Below, in pieces: positions 9,113 through 19,521 of a DNA stretch of 64,000 bases. This stretch comes from Obrimoposthia wandeli. Lineage: Eukaryota. The DNA lies in the NCBI GenBank assembly GCA_977020255.1, contig CDROCS010001101.1, positions 558,001 to 622,000 on the forward strand, given 5' to 3'. Numbering within the stretch: position 1 is the stretch's first letter; the number at the start of each line of letters is the position of its first letter. The position numbers and the translations under genes are program-made. Below the pieces are notes generated by a model. That model was not told the origin of the DNA and did not search any database. It worked only from the letters and a program-made list of their open reading frames with translations.

Positions 9113-10141
9113 TCAATTTAGGGATTGATGCAGTACTCCGGTCTCATTTAATTCAACCTTTGCGATTGCACCATTGATTAACGTGAGGTTTGGTGGGACA
9201 TGCCCGATGTCCAGATCTATCATGACTGGAATCCCAATATCTATCAGGTATTTTTCCAGTACCTCATAGTAACTAAGGCTGTGTTCACTTTCAGGCTTAG
9301 TCGCTGCACTTCGTCCAAGCAGCAAGCCGCAGATACATGAAAATACTCCCCTAAACTTCATGTTTAAAATTGTTCTTGCTAGCTCTGTGGGTGACATTTC
9401 AGCATTTTCTAGATAGAGGACGATTCCCTCAGAGTAACTCTTAGATAGACTTTTTAGATCTAAATATTCGGTTTGAAATAAATGAGATAGAGTATCCCAA
9501 CACCCGCCGATTAGCCTTCCCTCTATTGATGAGCCAGACTCGGGTTTTACCAGCCATTTCCAGTTAGTTGGTGTATCTGGCATTATTCCAGAGCTTGGAT
9601 CCCTTACGATATCTGGCCACCGACTAGCATATAGCTTCGATGCAGTTTGTGAAAAAGTTTCACCTGTGGAAGTACTTAGATGTGTAAGGGTGTTAGCTGT
9701 TAATGGATCATTAGCTTCACAAGTTAAATCCATCAAGTTCGAACAGTGTGCGGTTGCCCACCTCAATTTACTAGCAAACACGGCAGCTATCGTACTAACG
9801 TCGGAAAACCCTAAGATCCACTTTGGTCTTGCTGTTTGAAGTTTGGTAAAGTCTATAAGCGGAAGGAGTTCAATCGCTAACTCTCCTCCCCAAGGTGGGT
9901 AGATAGCGTCAATTTCGTCATCCATGAGAAATGACATAAGCTCATCCGCACGTTGCTGTGCGGGAGCGCTTACGTGTTTCTCTTGCCCGTATAGACACTT
10001 GCCTACAATGACATTAAAGCCCCTAAATTCAAGATTTTCCCGAACGACTCTAAACCTAGCATCATGTTTTTTTGCAATTCCTGATGAAAACGCAGTGATA
10101 GCTACAGTGCTACCCTGTTGTAATGGTTTGGGATATTTCAT
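9113..10141 (-). CDS. S66-family LD-carboxypeptidase / MccF-like peptidase
   Basis: 342 aa; GFSDVS (Ser), YLENAE (Glu), IGHVPP (His) triad motifs; RADELM, WGGE. Confidence 0.9.
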   Translation of the reverse strand: MKYPKPLQQGSTVAITAFSSGIAKKHDARFRVVRENLEFRGFNVIVGKCLYGQEKHVSAPAQQRADELMSFLMDDEIDAIYPPWGGELAIELLPLIDFTKLQTARPKWILGFSDVSTIAAVFASKLRWATAHCSNLMDLTCEANDPLTANTLTHLSTSTGETFSQTASKLYASRWPDIVRDPSSGIMPDTPTNWKWLVKPESGSSIEGRLIGGCWDTLSHLFQTEYLDLKSLSKSYSEGIVLYLENAEMSPTELARTILNMKFRGVFSCICGLLLGRSAATKPESEHSLSYYEVLEKYLIDIGIPVMIDLDIGHVPPNLTLINGAIAKVELNETGVLHQSLN

Positions 10142-10287
10142 TGCTACTCTCTGTCAATTTAGCTTGTAACAAAAATAAACATTAACACTCAAGAATACAA
10201 CAAAATACAATAACTTATCACAAAATAGTTTCGGATTGTTACTCTATCTGAATAAGTCCCTATTACGTAACGCTCGGAATTGGGAGA

Positions 10288-10350
10288 AAGCCAAAAATGG
10301 ACATAAATGGCTTAGAGCTCGAGCTTTAAAGGATGTAGTTCGCATTACAG
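10288..10350 (+). repeat. Dispersed repeat copy C
   Basis: AAGCCA-N11-AAATGGCTTAGAGCTCGAGCTTTAAAGGATGTAGTTCGCATTACAG; see copy A. Confidence 0.8.
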
Positions 10351-10483
10351 GTTTAATATCTAAAATAACCAAAGCTTATTTTAGTGTTTGTCGCTAATGG
10401 AAATACCTGATGTCATAAAGCTCACTCGCCAGCCAATACTTACAGCACTATCATACTCATACTAATTAATTTGTGAGGCTTTT

Positions 10484-11683
10484 ATGTTCCGATATCTTCT
10501 TTGTAGTTTTACGCTTGTATTACTTTATCCCACTGCCATCGATCTTTATCTTGTTGGTCTGCCACAAATTGCAGCAGACCTTCAGGCAACAGAATCCCAG
10601 CTTCATTTTGCTTTTTCTATCTATTTGATAGGTATGGCTACTACAATGCTTATTGCTGGGAAAGTGGCCGACTCAATTGGTCGTAAACCTGTTGCTATTA
10701 CGGGGGCTATCATCTTTACAGTATCATCAATATTTGCTGGAATGGCTGAACATAGTTCGCAGTTTCTTATTGCTAGATTCATCCAAGGGATTGGCGCGGG
10801 TAGCTGTTACGTGGTTGCCTTTGCAATTATTCGGGATACTTTAGATGACATACAACGTGCTAAAGTACTTTCTATGCTCAACGGGATCACCTGTGTTATT
10901 CCTGTTATTGCGCCCGTGATTGGCTACCTTATAATGCTCAAATTCCCATGGTCAAGTCTGTTTATTACGATGGCAGCGATGGGGGGCGTGGTCAGTCTAT
11001 TATCTTCACTGGTACTCAGAGAGACGAAACCAAGCAAGTTAGTGGAAGTTAATGACATTAATTCAGACCGTAACGTTAGGCAAGAATCATTCTTCGAGCG
11101 TTTTTTTATCAGCCGCGTGGTTATAACGTCGTTCGGTGTGATGACCATTTTAACTTATGTCAACGTGTCGCCTTTATTGATAATGGGAGTAATGGGTTTT
11201 GACAGAAGCGAGTATTCTACTATTGTGGCAGGCACAGCTTTAGTCAGTATGCTTACCTCGTTCTCTGCACCTTTTGCATTATCTATATTTAAAGAACGCA
11301 GCTTACTACTTGCATCGCAAATATTGTTTGCGCTAGCTGCTGCGATGATAACACTCACACTCTTTTTGAATTTAAATAATCATTTATATTTATTCGGTTT
11401 TGGACTGTTATGTGCGGGTTTTGCCATTGGTTTTGGTGTATCCATGAGTCAAGCTCTTAGCCCATATTCTGTGCGCGCAGGAATGGCGAGTTCATTGCTG
11501 GGTATTACTCAAGTATCTTGCTCGGCTTTGTACATTTGGTTAATGGGTGCTTTTGGCATAAATGCACTGAATATGCTGCTTACAACCCTGATTATAGGTA
11601 GCGTAATTAGCCTTGCTCTAATATTATGGATACCTAAACCTTCTCACGGCCATCAATATGAAAAAATCACTTGCCCAGCTTGA
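10484..11683 (+). CDS. mdtL: MFS multidrug transporter MdtL
   Basis: 399 aa; [38 protein letters not shown]; followed by yidZ as in enterobacteria/vibrios. Confidence 0.85.
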   Translation: MFRYLLCSFTLVLLYPTAIDLYLVGLPQIAADLQATESQLHFAFSIYLIGMATTMLIAGKVADSIGRKPVAITGAIIFTVSSIFAGMAEHSSQFLIARFIQGIGAGSCYVVAFAIIRDTLDDIQRAKVLSMLNGITCVIPVIAPVIGYLIMLKFPWSSLFITMAAMGGVVSLLSSLVLRETKPSKLVEVNDINSDRNVRQESFFERFFISRVVITSFGVMTILTYVNVSPLLIMGVMGFDRSEYSTIVAGTALVSMLTSFSAPFALSIFKERSLLLASQILFALAAAMITLTLFLNLNNHLYLFGFGLLCAGFAIGFGVSMSQALSPYSVRAGMASSLLGITQVSCSALYIWLMGAFGINALNMLLTTLIIGSVISLALILWIPKPSHGHQYEKITCPA

Positions 11684-12647
11684 TTTTAACTTGCTGTATA
11701 CACTACAACTATTATCTAAAGAACATAGCGTATCAAGAACAGCAAAAAAGTTGAATGTCACGCCATCTACGGTGAGTAAGTCGTTGAGAAAATTGCGAGA
11801 TTGGTTTGGTGACCCTTTGTTTGTTAAAACACCTAAGGGACTAGCACCAACGCCGTTTACACAGAGCATGGAACAAGATCTTGCAGATTGGTTACAGATA
11901 AGCAGTCAACTTTTGGAAAAACATAGCGGTGATTCGCCAAAAGGTATTCAATTTGATTTAGCGATTGAATCTCCGCTTTTGCTTACAATGTTAAATGAAC
12001 TAGTCCAGGAAATTCAACAACATTATACCGATGCAAAAATAAAAACGTATAACTGGGATTACGATTCTTTAGAATCAATTATCCGTGGTGAAATCGATAT
12101 TGGGCTCACTGGAAGAGAGAGCCATCCACGCTCCAAAGAGTCACTACATCTTCTTCCTTACTTTATTGATTTTGAAGTTATGTTTTCTGATCTTCCAGTT
12201 GTATATTTGCGTAAAGATCATCCAGCCTTAGAAGAGGAGTGGAACCTCGATACTTTCCTCAAATACCCACATATCAACATCGTTTGGGAGAAATGCGAAA
12301 CTTGGGCATTAGATGAAGTACTGAATGAACAGGGGTTGAAGCGAAATATTACGCTTACTATGGCTAGCTTTGAGCAATCATTATTTATGTCGGCTCAACC
12401 AAACCAAAATATGATCACGACGGCACCTGCATATTGTCAAAATTATACAAAACAGCAACATCCAGATTTGTTGTGTTTACCCATCCCAATAGACAAGGTT
12501 TATCATGATAAACTGTTAATTCCCTTCACGTTGATTTGGCATAAACGTAACGCTCATAATCCGAAGTTACTGTGGCTGAAGGAAACTATTAAATCACTAT
12601 ATTACGTTCATACACCACATGAGAAGATCTATGACGAACTGTCATGA
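11658..12647 (+). CDS. yidZ: LysR-family regulator YidZ
   Basis: 329 aa; [37 protein letters not shown]; overlaps mdtL stop. Confidence 0.85.
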   Translation: MKKSLAQLDFNLLYTLQLLSKEHSVSRTAKKLNVTPSTVSKSLRKLRDWFGDPLFVKTPKGLAPTPFTQSMEQDLADWLQISSQLLEKHSGDSPKGIQFDLAIESPLLLTMLNELVQEIQQHYTDAKIKTYNWDYDSLESIIRGEIDIGLTGRESHPRSKESLHLLPYFIDFEVMFSDLPVVYLRKDHPALEEEWNLDTFLKYPHINIVWEKCETWALDEVLNEQGLKRNITLTMASFEQSLFMSAQPNQNMITTAPAYCQNYTKQQHPDLLCLPIPIDKVYHDKLLIPFTLIWHKRNAHNPKLLWLKETIKSLYYVHTPHEKIYDELS

Positions 12648-12728
12648 ACAAAATATGAGTGAGCAACAGCTCTAACGCGAAAAGGGGCAATTCCAAGTTT
12701 GCGGTGAAAAATAAGAAACCCACATACA

Positions 12729-12755
12729 AAACAAGCGCCATATAGGCGCTTGTTT
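12729..12755. terminator. Bidirectional terminator
   Basis: AAACAAGCGCC-ATATA-GGCGCTTGTTT between convergent genes. Confidence 0.75.
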
Positions 12756-12783
12756 GATTATCATTAAATAAAGAGAGTCGGTA

Positions 12784-15700
12784 TTACTTACCCACTACCT
12801 CAGGTACTTTTAAGCGATGTAACATGCGATAAAGTACAGGTACTACAAGTAAAGTCAGTACAGTCGCAAACCCTAAACCAAACATAATGGTCACGGCCAT
12901 TGGCTTAAAGAATACATCCGGTAGTAACGGCACCATGCCTAATACCGTGGTGATCGCCGCCATACAAACTGGACGAACACGACTCACAGCAGCATCAACA
13001 ACCGCTTCATATCTTTCTTTACCACTGTGGATCTCAATTTCAATCTGATCAAGTAATACGATACCATTTTTAACCAGCATCCCTGACAGACTTAAGAAAC
13101 CGAGTAACGCCATGAAACCAAAGGGTGTATTAAGGGCGAGTAGCCCCATCGTCACACCAATAATGGCCAGTGGCACTGTCGCCCAAACAATCACCGCATT
13201 TTTCACGTTGTTAAACAAGAAAATAGTGATTAAGAACATAAACAGATAACCCATAGGCATCGTCTGGAATAACGATGCTTGTGCATCAGCTGATGATTCA
13301 TATTCACCACCCCATTCAAGCGAGTAGCCCGGTGGGAAATCCATTGCTTCTACTAACGGCTGAATACGCTTTTGTAAGGTAGCAGCTGTTTCTTCACCTA
13401 ATGGATCGGGATCAGCAAATATAGTCAGCATACGTTTACGGTTTTTACGCACAACAATTGGGTCTTCCCAACGCACGTTAACCGCTAATATCACTTGCTG
13501 TAACGGCACATAACCTTTCAGTACTGGGCTCCAAATCTTCATGCCCTCAATCGTACTGATATCCACACGCTCATTTTCAGGTAAGCGAGCAACAATCGGC
13601 AATAGACTTGTACCATCACGGTAAATACCAACCGTCAAGCCACTGAATGCCATTTGCAGTAAATCATCAACGTCAGACTTAGTAATACCATAACGACGTG
13701 CCTGACTTTCATTAAAGACAGGTTCAATCACCTTAGTACGTTCGCGCCAATCGTGACGTACATAGAATGCACCTGGATCAGCACGCATAATATCGACAGT
13801 TTGCTGTGCTAAACCACGTAATACCGTAGGGTCAGAACCAACTAAACGCGCTTCAATTTTAGCTCCCGAAGAAGGCCCTAATGCGATACGCTTCAGTTTG
13901 TATTCAATATCAGGATGCAGAGCGTCAAGTTTCTTACTCACTTCAGCCATCATTGGCATAACGTCATCGTAGCTATCTACACGAATAATTAATTCACCGT
14001 AAGACGCGTAACTTTTTTCTGGCGAGTAAGTCAGCATAAAGCGCTGAGAGCCTTTACCTGCACTTGAAGATACATGCTCGACTTTTTCATTGTCGCGTAC
14101 CATGATTTCAAGTTCACGCAGTTTTTCGCTGGTTGCGCGAATATCAGTGCCTTCAGGTAACCAAACATCAACCATAAACATAGGCGTTGTTGATGATGGA
14201 AAGAATGATTGTTTTAACTGAGTAAAACCATACAAGCTAGCCACTAACATCAAGATCAAGGAGAACACAGTTGTCCACGCGTATTTCATGCACGTTTCTA
14301 ACACACGCTTGTAGGTAACAAATACGATACCCTTATACGGGTCAACATCTGCACCATCAGCGTCAACTTTCATGCCTTTAAAGAACATGTCAGCAAAGAA
14401 AGGCGTAATTGAAATCGCAGTAAACCAACTTAACATTAACGAGATAAGTAAAACGGTAAAGAGTGTCCCTGTATATTCACCGGTAGAATCTTGCGACAAA
14501 CCAATTGGCGCGAATGCGGTAACAGCAATAACCGTCGCACCGAGTAAAGGCCATTTAGTTTGGGTCACAATATCCGTTGCAGCCTGCAAGCGAGTTCGGC
14601 CTTTCTGGACCCCAATTAAGATACCCTCGACCACCACAATGGCATTATCCACCAGCATACCCAGTGCAATCACCAGTCCACCAAGTGAGATACGCTGTAA
14701 ATCAATCGACATCAAGTTCATGAATACGAATGTACCCAATACAGTGAGTAATAAAATCAGACCAATTAAGACACCTGAACGCACGCCCATAAATAACAGC
14801 AGTACAATGATAACAATACCAATCGCTTGGCCAAGGCTCACTAGGAAGCCTTTCACTGATTTATCAACTTCATCAGGCTGGCTGTAAACAGCGTCAATAT
14901 CAATACCAACGGGTTGTTGTTCTTTTAACTCAGCTAAACGCGCATAAACGCCTTTACCCATTTCAACAACATTCACACCAGAAATGAACGACACACCAAC
15001 ATTCAACGCGACTTTGCCATTGAAGGTAACAAGATTATCAGGTACTTCTTTAAAGCCACGGCTAATCGTCGCAACATCACGTAAGTAAATAAGCCCTTTA
15101 GCACCTGTTTCGGTAATGATCAAATCACCGAGCGCATCAACATCAGTAAATTCACCTGTTGGATGAATACGGATATATTCAGACCCAACTCGCATTGCAC
15201 CAGCACTTGATACGAGGTTTTGCGTTGCTAACGTGTTGTAAATAGTCGATGGTGAAATACCTAAACTACTTAAACGTTGCATCGACATTTCAATAAAGAC
15301 TTGTTCTTGCTGTACACCTGTTACTGAAACTTTACCAACACCATCAACAAGTTCTATTTCTCGGCGTAAGTAATCAACGTAATCGTTTAGCTCTTTATAA
15401 GAGTAACCATCACCCGTTATCGCCAGTAAAATACCGTAAACATCACCAAAGTCATCAATCACAGAGGGTTCAGCGACGCCTGGAGGTAAATGAGGTTTGA
15501 TATCATTCACTTTACGACGTAATTCATCCCATATTTGCGGTAAATCATCAGGGCCATAGTTGTTTTTCATCGTCACGGTGATCTGTGAGAGTCCACGGCT
15601 AGAAATAGAGTTTACTTCATCAACATACGTTAATTGCTGTATGGCTTTCTCTAACGGATAAGTAACTTCTTCTTCGACTTGTAATGGCGTTGCACCAGGA

Positions 15701-15858
15701 TAGGAAGTAACAACCATTGCATCTTTAATTGTGAATTCAGGATCTTCTAATTGCCCTAAGCCAAAAAAGGCCATCGAACCACCAATTAAGAAGATAAGTG
15801 TGAGCATCCAGCTGATCACTTTATTTTTAATAAAATAGGCTGCGATATCTTGTTTCAT
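12784..15858 (-). CDS. RND efflux transporter (AcrB/AcrD/AcrF family)
   Basis: 1024 aa; LGMLVDNAIVVVE, KNGIVLLD, RVRPVCM motifs. Confidence 0.95.
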   Translation of the reverse strand: MKQDIAAYFIKNKVISWMLTLIFLIGGSMAFFGLGQLEDPEFTIKDAMVVTSYPGATPLQVEEEVTYPLEKAIQQLTYVDEVNSISSRGLSQITVTMKNNYGPDDLPQIWDELRRKVNDIKPHLPPGVAEPSVIDDFGDVYGILLAITGDGYSYKELNDYVDYLRREIELVDGVGKVSVTGVQQEQVFIEMSMQRLSSLGISPSTIYNTLATQNLVSSAGAMRVGSEYIRIHPTGEFTDVDALGDLIITETGAKGLIYLRDVATISRGFKEVPDNLVTFNGKVALNVGVSFISGVNVVEMGKGVYARLAELKEQQPVGIDIDAVYSQPDEVDKSVKGFLVSLGQAIGIVIIVLLLFMGVRSGVLIGLILLLTVLGTFVFMNLMSIDLQRISLGGLVIALGMLVDNAIVVVEGILIGVQKGRTRLQAATDIVTQTKWPLLGATVIAVTAFAPIGLSQDSTGEYTGTLFTVLLISLMLSWFTAISITPFFADMFFKGMKVDADGADVDPYKGIVFVTYKRVLETCMKYAWTTVFSLILMLVASLYGFTQLKQSFFPSSTTPMFMVDVWLPEGTDIRATSEKLRELEIMVRDNEKVEHVSSSAGKGSQRFMLTYSPEKSYASYGELIIRVDSYDDVMPMMAEVSKKLDALHPDIEYKLKRIALGPSSGAKIEARLVGSDPTVLRGLAQQTVDIMRADPGAFYVRHDWRERTKVIEPVFNESQARRYGITKSDVDDLLQMAFSGLTVGIYRDGTSLLPIVARLPENERVDISTIEGMKIWSPVLKGYVPLQQVILAVNVRWEDPIVVRKNRKRMLTIFADPDPLGEETAATLQKRIQPLVEAMDFPPGYSLEWGGEYESSADAQASLFQTMPMGYLFMFLITIFLFNNVKNAVIVWATVPLAIIGVTMGLLALNTPFGFMALLGFLSLSGMLVKNGIVLLDQIEIEIHSGKERYEAVVDAAVSRVRPVCMAAITTVLGMVPLLPDVFFKPMAVTIMFGLGFATVLTLLVVPVLYRMLHRLKVPEVVGK

Positions 15859-16973
15859 TATTGTCCAGCCTCTGTTGTATTAGTTGAACGAGTCATCGAT
15901 TTATCGAGTATTTTCACTGATTGACCTTCACGTAAACGATTACCACCGGCAACCACGACCTTTTCACCAACAGCTAAACCAGCGCTTAAACGCACACCAT
16001 TGTTAACCACTTTCTCGGTCACAATTAAGCGTTTACTCACTGTGTTATCACTATTTACAATCCAAACAAACTTCTGAGTTAAATTTAAATCGTCACCATC
16101 TTCATTGATAATCGCTTCAAATGGTATAAAAGGTTCATCTTGCTTATAGATCTTTAACTTCTGAGCATCAGCACGTACTTCAACTGCCATACCATCAAGA
16201 ATAAATCTGTCTGTAGGCATTGGCATCGTTAGTGTGATCACGAACGAACCGACTTCAGGATCAGGTTCTGTGGTGAATTCTTTCAGGTGGGCATCATATT
16301 CATGACCATCAGCGGTGATAATCTTAGCACCCGGTCGCGAATCTTCAATTTCAGTCGCTGAGCTTTTTGAATAAATAATATCTGGTGCTTGTAATTGAAT
16401 ATCAACAGTCGTTGAGCTATGGATATTCATTACCTGCTGGCCAACTTGTACATTTTCAAATTGCTGAACAGGCACGTGTGAAATGATGCCAGAGAAAGGC
16501 GCTTTAAGTTCGGTAAAACTCAAGTTCAGTTTAGCTATATCTAACCTAGCTTTAGCTATTCGACGTTGTGCTTTAAGTTCATCAAATTGCGATGGTGCAA
16601 TATAACCTTGATCAACCAATTTAGCCGAACGACGATATTGACTGTCTGCAATCGCATACTCCGCTTTCGCATCATCAACTTCTAAACGGTAATAAGTCGG
16701 ATCAAGTTGCGCAAGAACCTGCCCTGCCGCGACTTTATCACCAGGGCGAACAGTAACCGTTGTCACCTCGCCTTGTAAGCGAAAAGATAAGCTAGACTTA
16801 TCCGCAGCCACAGCGACTGCAGGAAACGATAATCTCGCCGAATCTTCTGCCAGCTGAACTGTCGTCACCTCGACTAACTGTACTTTTTGACTTGGCTCTA
16901 TAATCGGTTTATCACAGCCTTGTAGCACTGTTATCACACCAAGCGCCATCACGATTGAGGGAAATTTATTCAT
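15858..16973 (-). CDS. RND membrane fusion protein (lipoprotein)
   Basis: 371 aa; lipobox LQGC; LSFRLQGEV, ELKAPFSGII. Confidence 0.92.
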   Translation of the reverse strand: MNKFPSIVMALGVITVLQGCDKPIIEPSQKVQLVEVTTVQLAEDSARLSFPAVAVAADKSSLSFRLQGEVTTVTVRPGDKVAAGQVLAQLDPTYYRLEVDDAKAEYAIADSQYRRSAKLVDQGYIAPSQFDELKAQRRIAKARLDIAKLNLSFTELKAPFSGIISHVPVQQFENVQVGQQVMNIHSSTTVDIQLQAPDIIYSKSSATEIEDSRPGAKIITADGHEYDAHLKEFTTEPDPEVGSFVITLTMPMPTDRFILDGMAVEVRADAQKLKIYKQDEPFIPFEAIINEDGDDLNLTQKFVWIVNSDNTVSKRLIVTEKVVNNGVRLSAGLAVGEKVVVAGGNRLREGQSVKILDKSMTRSTNTTEAGQ

Positions 16974-16974
16974 G

Positions 16975-18009
16975 TTACAGTCCTCGTTCCTTGATCCAAG
17001 ATCTTACTTTCTGACCTTCGCGTAATTCGTTAACGCCAGAGATTGCAACATTGTCACCATCATTCAGCCCTTTAGACACACGTCCATTTTCATCTAATTC
17101 GATTTCTCGTTTATGAGCAATACCTTGATCGTCGATCTGCCATACATAATAGCTATCACCTTTTTTCATCAATGCTTGTGGAGATAGCGATCCTGAATTA
17201 CCTTTTGGCAATGCGATACGCACAGCACCAGCCATACCCGGCAGGATATTTTTACCTTCAGGGCGGTCCATAAATAGCGTGACTTTATAACTGGAATTAG
17301 TCGAATTTGCTTCAGTATCAATTTCTTTAAATTCCGCAGGAAACTCTTCACCAGGAATTGTATCGAAAATAACGGTTGGGCTACGACTGTAGTCATTATT
17401 AAAACGGGTGAGTAGCTGTTCAGGTAACTGGAAAGTGACGTTAATAATACCAGCGCGTTGAATATGAACGACAGCTTCTTTTGCCATGACATATTCATGA
17501 TTTTCTTTCAATGATAACGATAAAGTACCGTCATAGGGTGCCACTAAGGTCGCATAGCTTAAGTTAGACTCTTGCTTGCTTAATGTCGCTTGAGCTTGAT
17601 TACGCTTAGCTTTAGATGTATCAAATGCGAGTTCTGAAACAACATTGGTTTTACGTAATTTCTCATCTCGTTTAAACTGCACTGAAGCAAGTTCATAATT
17701 AGCCTGAGCTTGTTCTACTTGAAGCGAAAATTCGTCTTGATTCAAGCTAGCGAGCTTTTGTCCTTTAACCACGTTTTCACCTGGGTTCACATCCATCGAC
17801 GATAAAACACCAGAAACACGAAATGCCAGAACCGCTTTATCTCCAGCTTCAACTACACCTGGGAATGTTCTGAAGGTATCTTTAATACCAACATCCACCG
17901 TTTGTAACTTAACTGGTCGAGAGTCCGGTTCTGGAATGACGACTTGTTCTTCACTGCAGCCAGAAAGTAGCAGGCCAGCAACAACCGTGGTCGCTATAAT
18001 TCCCTTCAT
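16975..18009 (-). CDS. Second RND membrane fusion protein (lipoprotein)
   Basis: 344 aa; lipobox LSGC; LAFRVSGVL, LVAPYDG. Confidence 0.92.
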   Translation of the reverse strand: MKGIIATTVVAGLLLSGCSEEQVVIPEPDSRPVKLQTVDVGIKDTFRTFPGVVEAGDKAVLAFRVSGVLSSMDVNPGENVVKGQKLASLNQDEFSLQVEQAQANYELASVQFKRDEKLRKTNVVSELAFDTSKAKRNQAQATLSKQESNLSYATLVAPYDGTLSLSLKENHEYVMAKEAVVHIQRAGIINVTFQLPEQLLTRFNNDYSRSPTVIFDTIPGEEFPAEFKEIDTEANSTNSSYKVTLFMDRPEGKNILPGMAGAVRIALPKGNSGSLSPQALMKKGDSYYVWQIDDQGIAHKREIELDENGRVSKGLNDGDNVAISGVNELREGQKVRSWIKERGL

Positions 18010-18337
18010 ATAATCACCCTAATAATGTGCTATTTATCTACCGATTCATATTTATGTATAAACAAGTCAAGTTGTCTGAATAGACGTTTACTCAACTATA
18101 GCCTTTAAAATAGTATTTACAATGACTTATATCTTATATGCTATATCGTATATAATAAAGCCTATCTAAAAGTCATCCTCATTTCAAAGACAGACAATGA
18201 CCAGAGTCAATAGTTCTATTATGACGGGGCGTTTAAAGGGAGGTGGGATAAATGATTAACAATGAGCTAAATAGATAGCGAATAGCTTATTAAATAGACG
18301 GCAACCTAAATTGCCTTATTTATTGATGCGCAGAGAG

Positions 18338-18865
18338 TTAACAACCAGAATCTTCAAAACCAATGACAGGTGAGACACCATCAATTTCCAAATTGGCATA
18401 ATAAGCAAAACAACTGCCGAGTACATAACCATTAGGCCAAAAGAACACCACATTTCCAGAAGTAACCTCATCAATTCGCGGTTCGTTGGTATAAGCTCGA
18501 TTTCCAAGAATACAGAATGCAGAATCTTCACAAGGCACAGTTAACCAATCTGGCGTCCATGTAGTACTTGGTAAGTCCATATCCAATAAATAACGCATTT
18601 CGGGCGCTGACGGCTTAGGGTAGCCATTAACAAGCGTGATTTTATTACCGTTATAATCAACTTCGCTATCAGCATTATCAATTTCTTTTCTCGCATTGAC
18701 AAAATCCATCGCGCTTTTCAATGTGCCACTGATATTTTGAACAACCGCACGACTAGCATCATGCTGAAGATTAATAAATTTAGGGATAGCTGTCGCCGCC
18801 AGAACACCTAATACGATGATGACGATGACTAACTCAATTAATGTAAAACCGTTATTATGTCTCAT
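18338..18865 (-). CDS. Type IV/MSHA-like prepilin
   Basis: MRHNNG|FTLIELVIVIIVLGVLAATAIPKF prepilin cleavage/methylation motif; C-terminal Cys residues; start moved to ATG 18865. Confidence 0.85.
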   Translation of the reverse strand: MRHNNGFTLIELVIVIIVLGVLAATAIPKFINLQHDASRAVVQNISGTLKSAMDFVNARKEIDNADSEVDYNGNKITLVNGYPKPSAPEMRYLLDMDLPSTTWTPDWLTVPCEDSAFCILGNRAYTNEPRIDEVTSGNVVFFWPNGYVLGSCFAYYANLEIDGVSPVIGFEDSGC

Positions 18866-19030
18866 ATAGAACAACTTATTCTTACTTCATCAAAAATGAA
18901 TTATAAATTTTAAGAGGCTACTAGTATTTACTTAACGCATCTTTAATTTGTTACATACTTTAACTTGTTAATAAAATAATTCAATACTCTAAAAGCGTAA
19001 TATAATTAACGGTTCTTCATCGTGCATCAA

Positions 19031-19492
19031 TTAACGAGTAACATGCAATTCCATCGGTATATCTTTAACACCGGATTTTTCACGAACTCCACACGTAGGT
19101 TCAAAACCAAATTTTAAATACACCCCTGCCGCATTTAAAGCCGAGTTAACCGTGAAATAGCCGGTATTACCATTCGCTAAACACACATCTCGAGCCAGCT
19201 CCCACAGTGTTCTTGATAGTCCTTTACCCTGCTGGGAGTCAGCAATAAACAAGTGATACAGATGGCTGTTATTTTTAATGCCAACGACACCGACGAGTTC
19301 AGCGTTTATCTCCGCAACATGATACTCATAACCAGCGTTAAGGTAAGCCAATATATTATTTGGTGTCATCGAATTTAAAATTAACTGACCGCCCTCTTTG
19401 CTGCAAGTCGGAAAAATATATTGTATAACCAGCGTAGAAATTAGCTGACTGATCCCATCGATGTCATTTACCGTTGCTTTTCTTAAAATCAT
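19031..19492 (-). CDS. GNAT-family N-acetyltransferase
   Basis: 153 aa; LFIADSQQGKGLS, VNSALNAAGVYLKFGF. Confidence 0.9.
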   Translation of the reverse strand: MILRKATVNDIDGISQLISTLVIQYIFPTCSKEGGQLILNSMTPNNILAYLNAGYEYHVAEINAELVGVVGIKNNSHLYHLFIADSQQGKGLSRTLWELARDVCLANGNTGYFTVNSALNAAGVYLKFGFEPTCGVREKSGVKDIPMELHVTR

Positions 19493-19521
19493 GTTACTTC
19501 CCTCTTATGATAAATAACCAT

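Noticed and set aside
7299-10350. Classical integron with attC/VCR sites
   Set aside because: No intI, and no RYYYAAC..GTTRRRY bounded hairpins; the nearest motifs (GTTAGAA at 9001, ACGTAAC at 10265) break the consensus.
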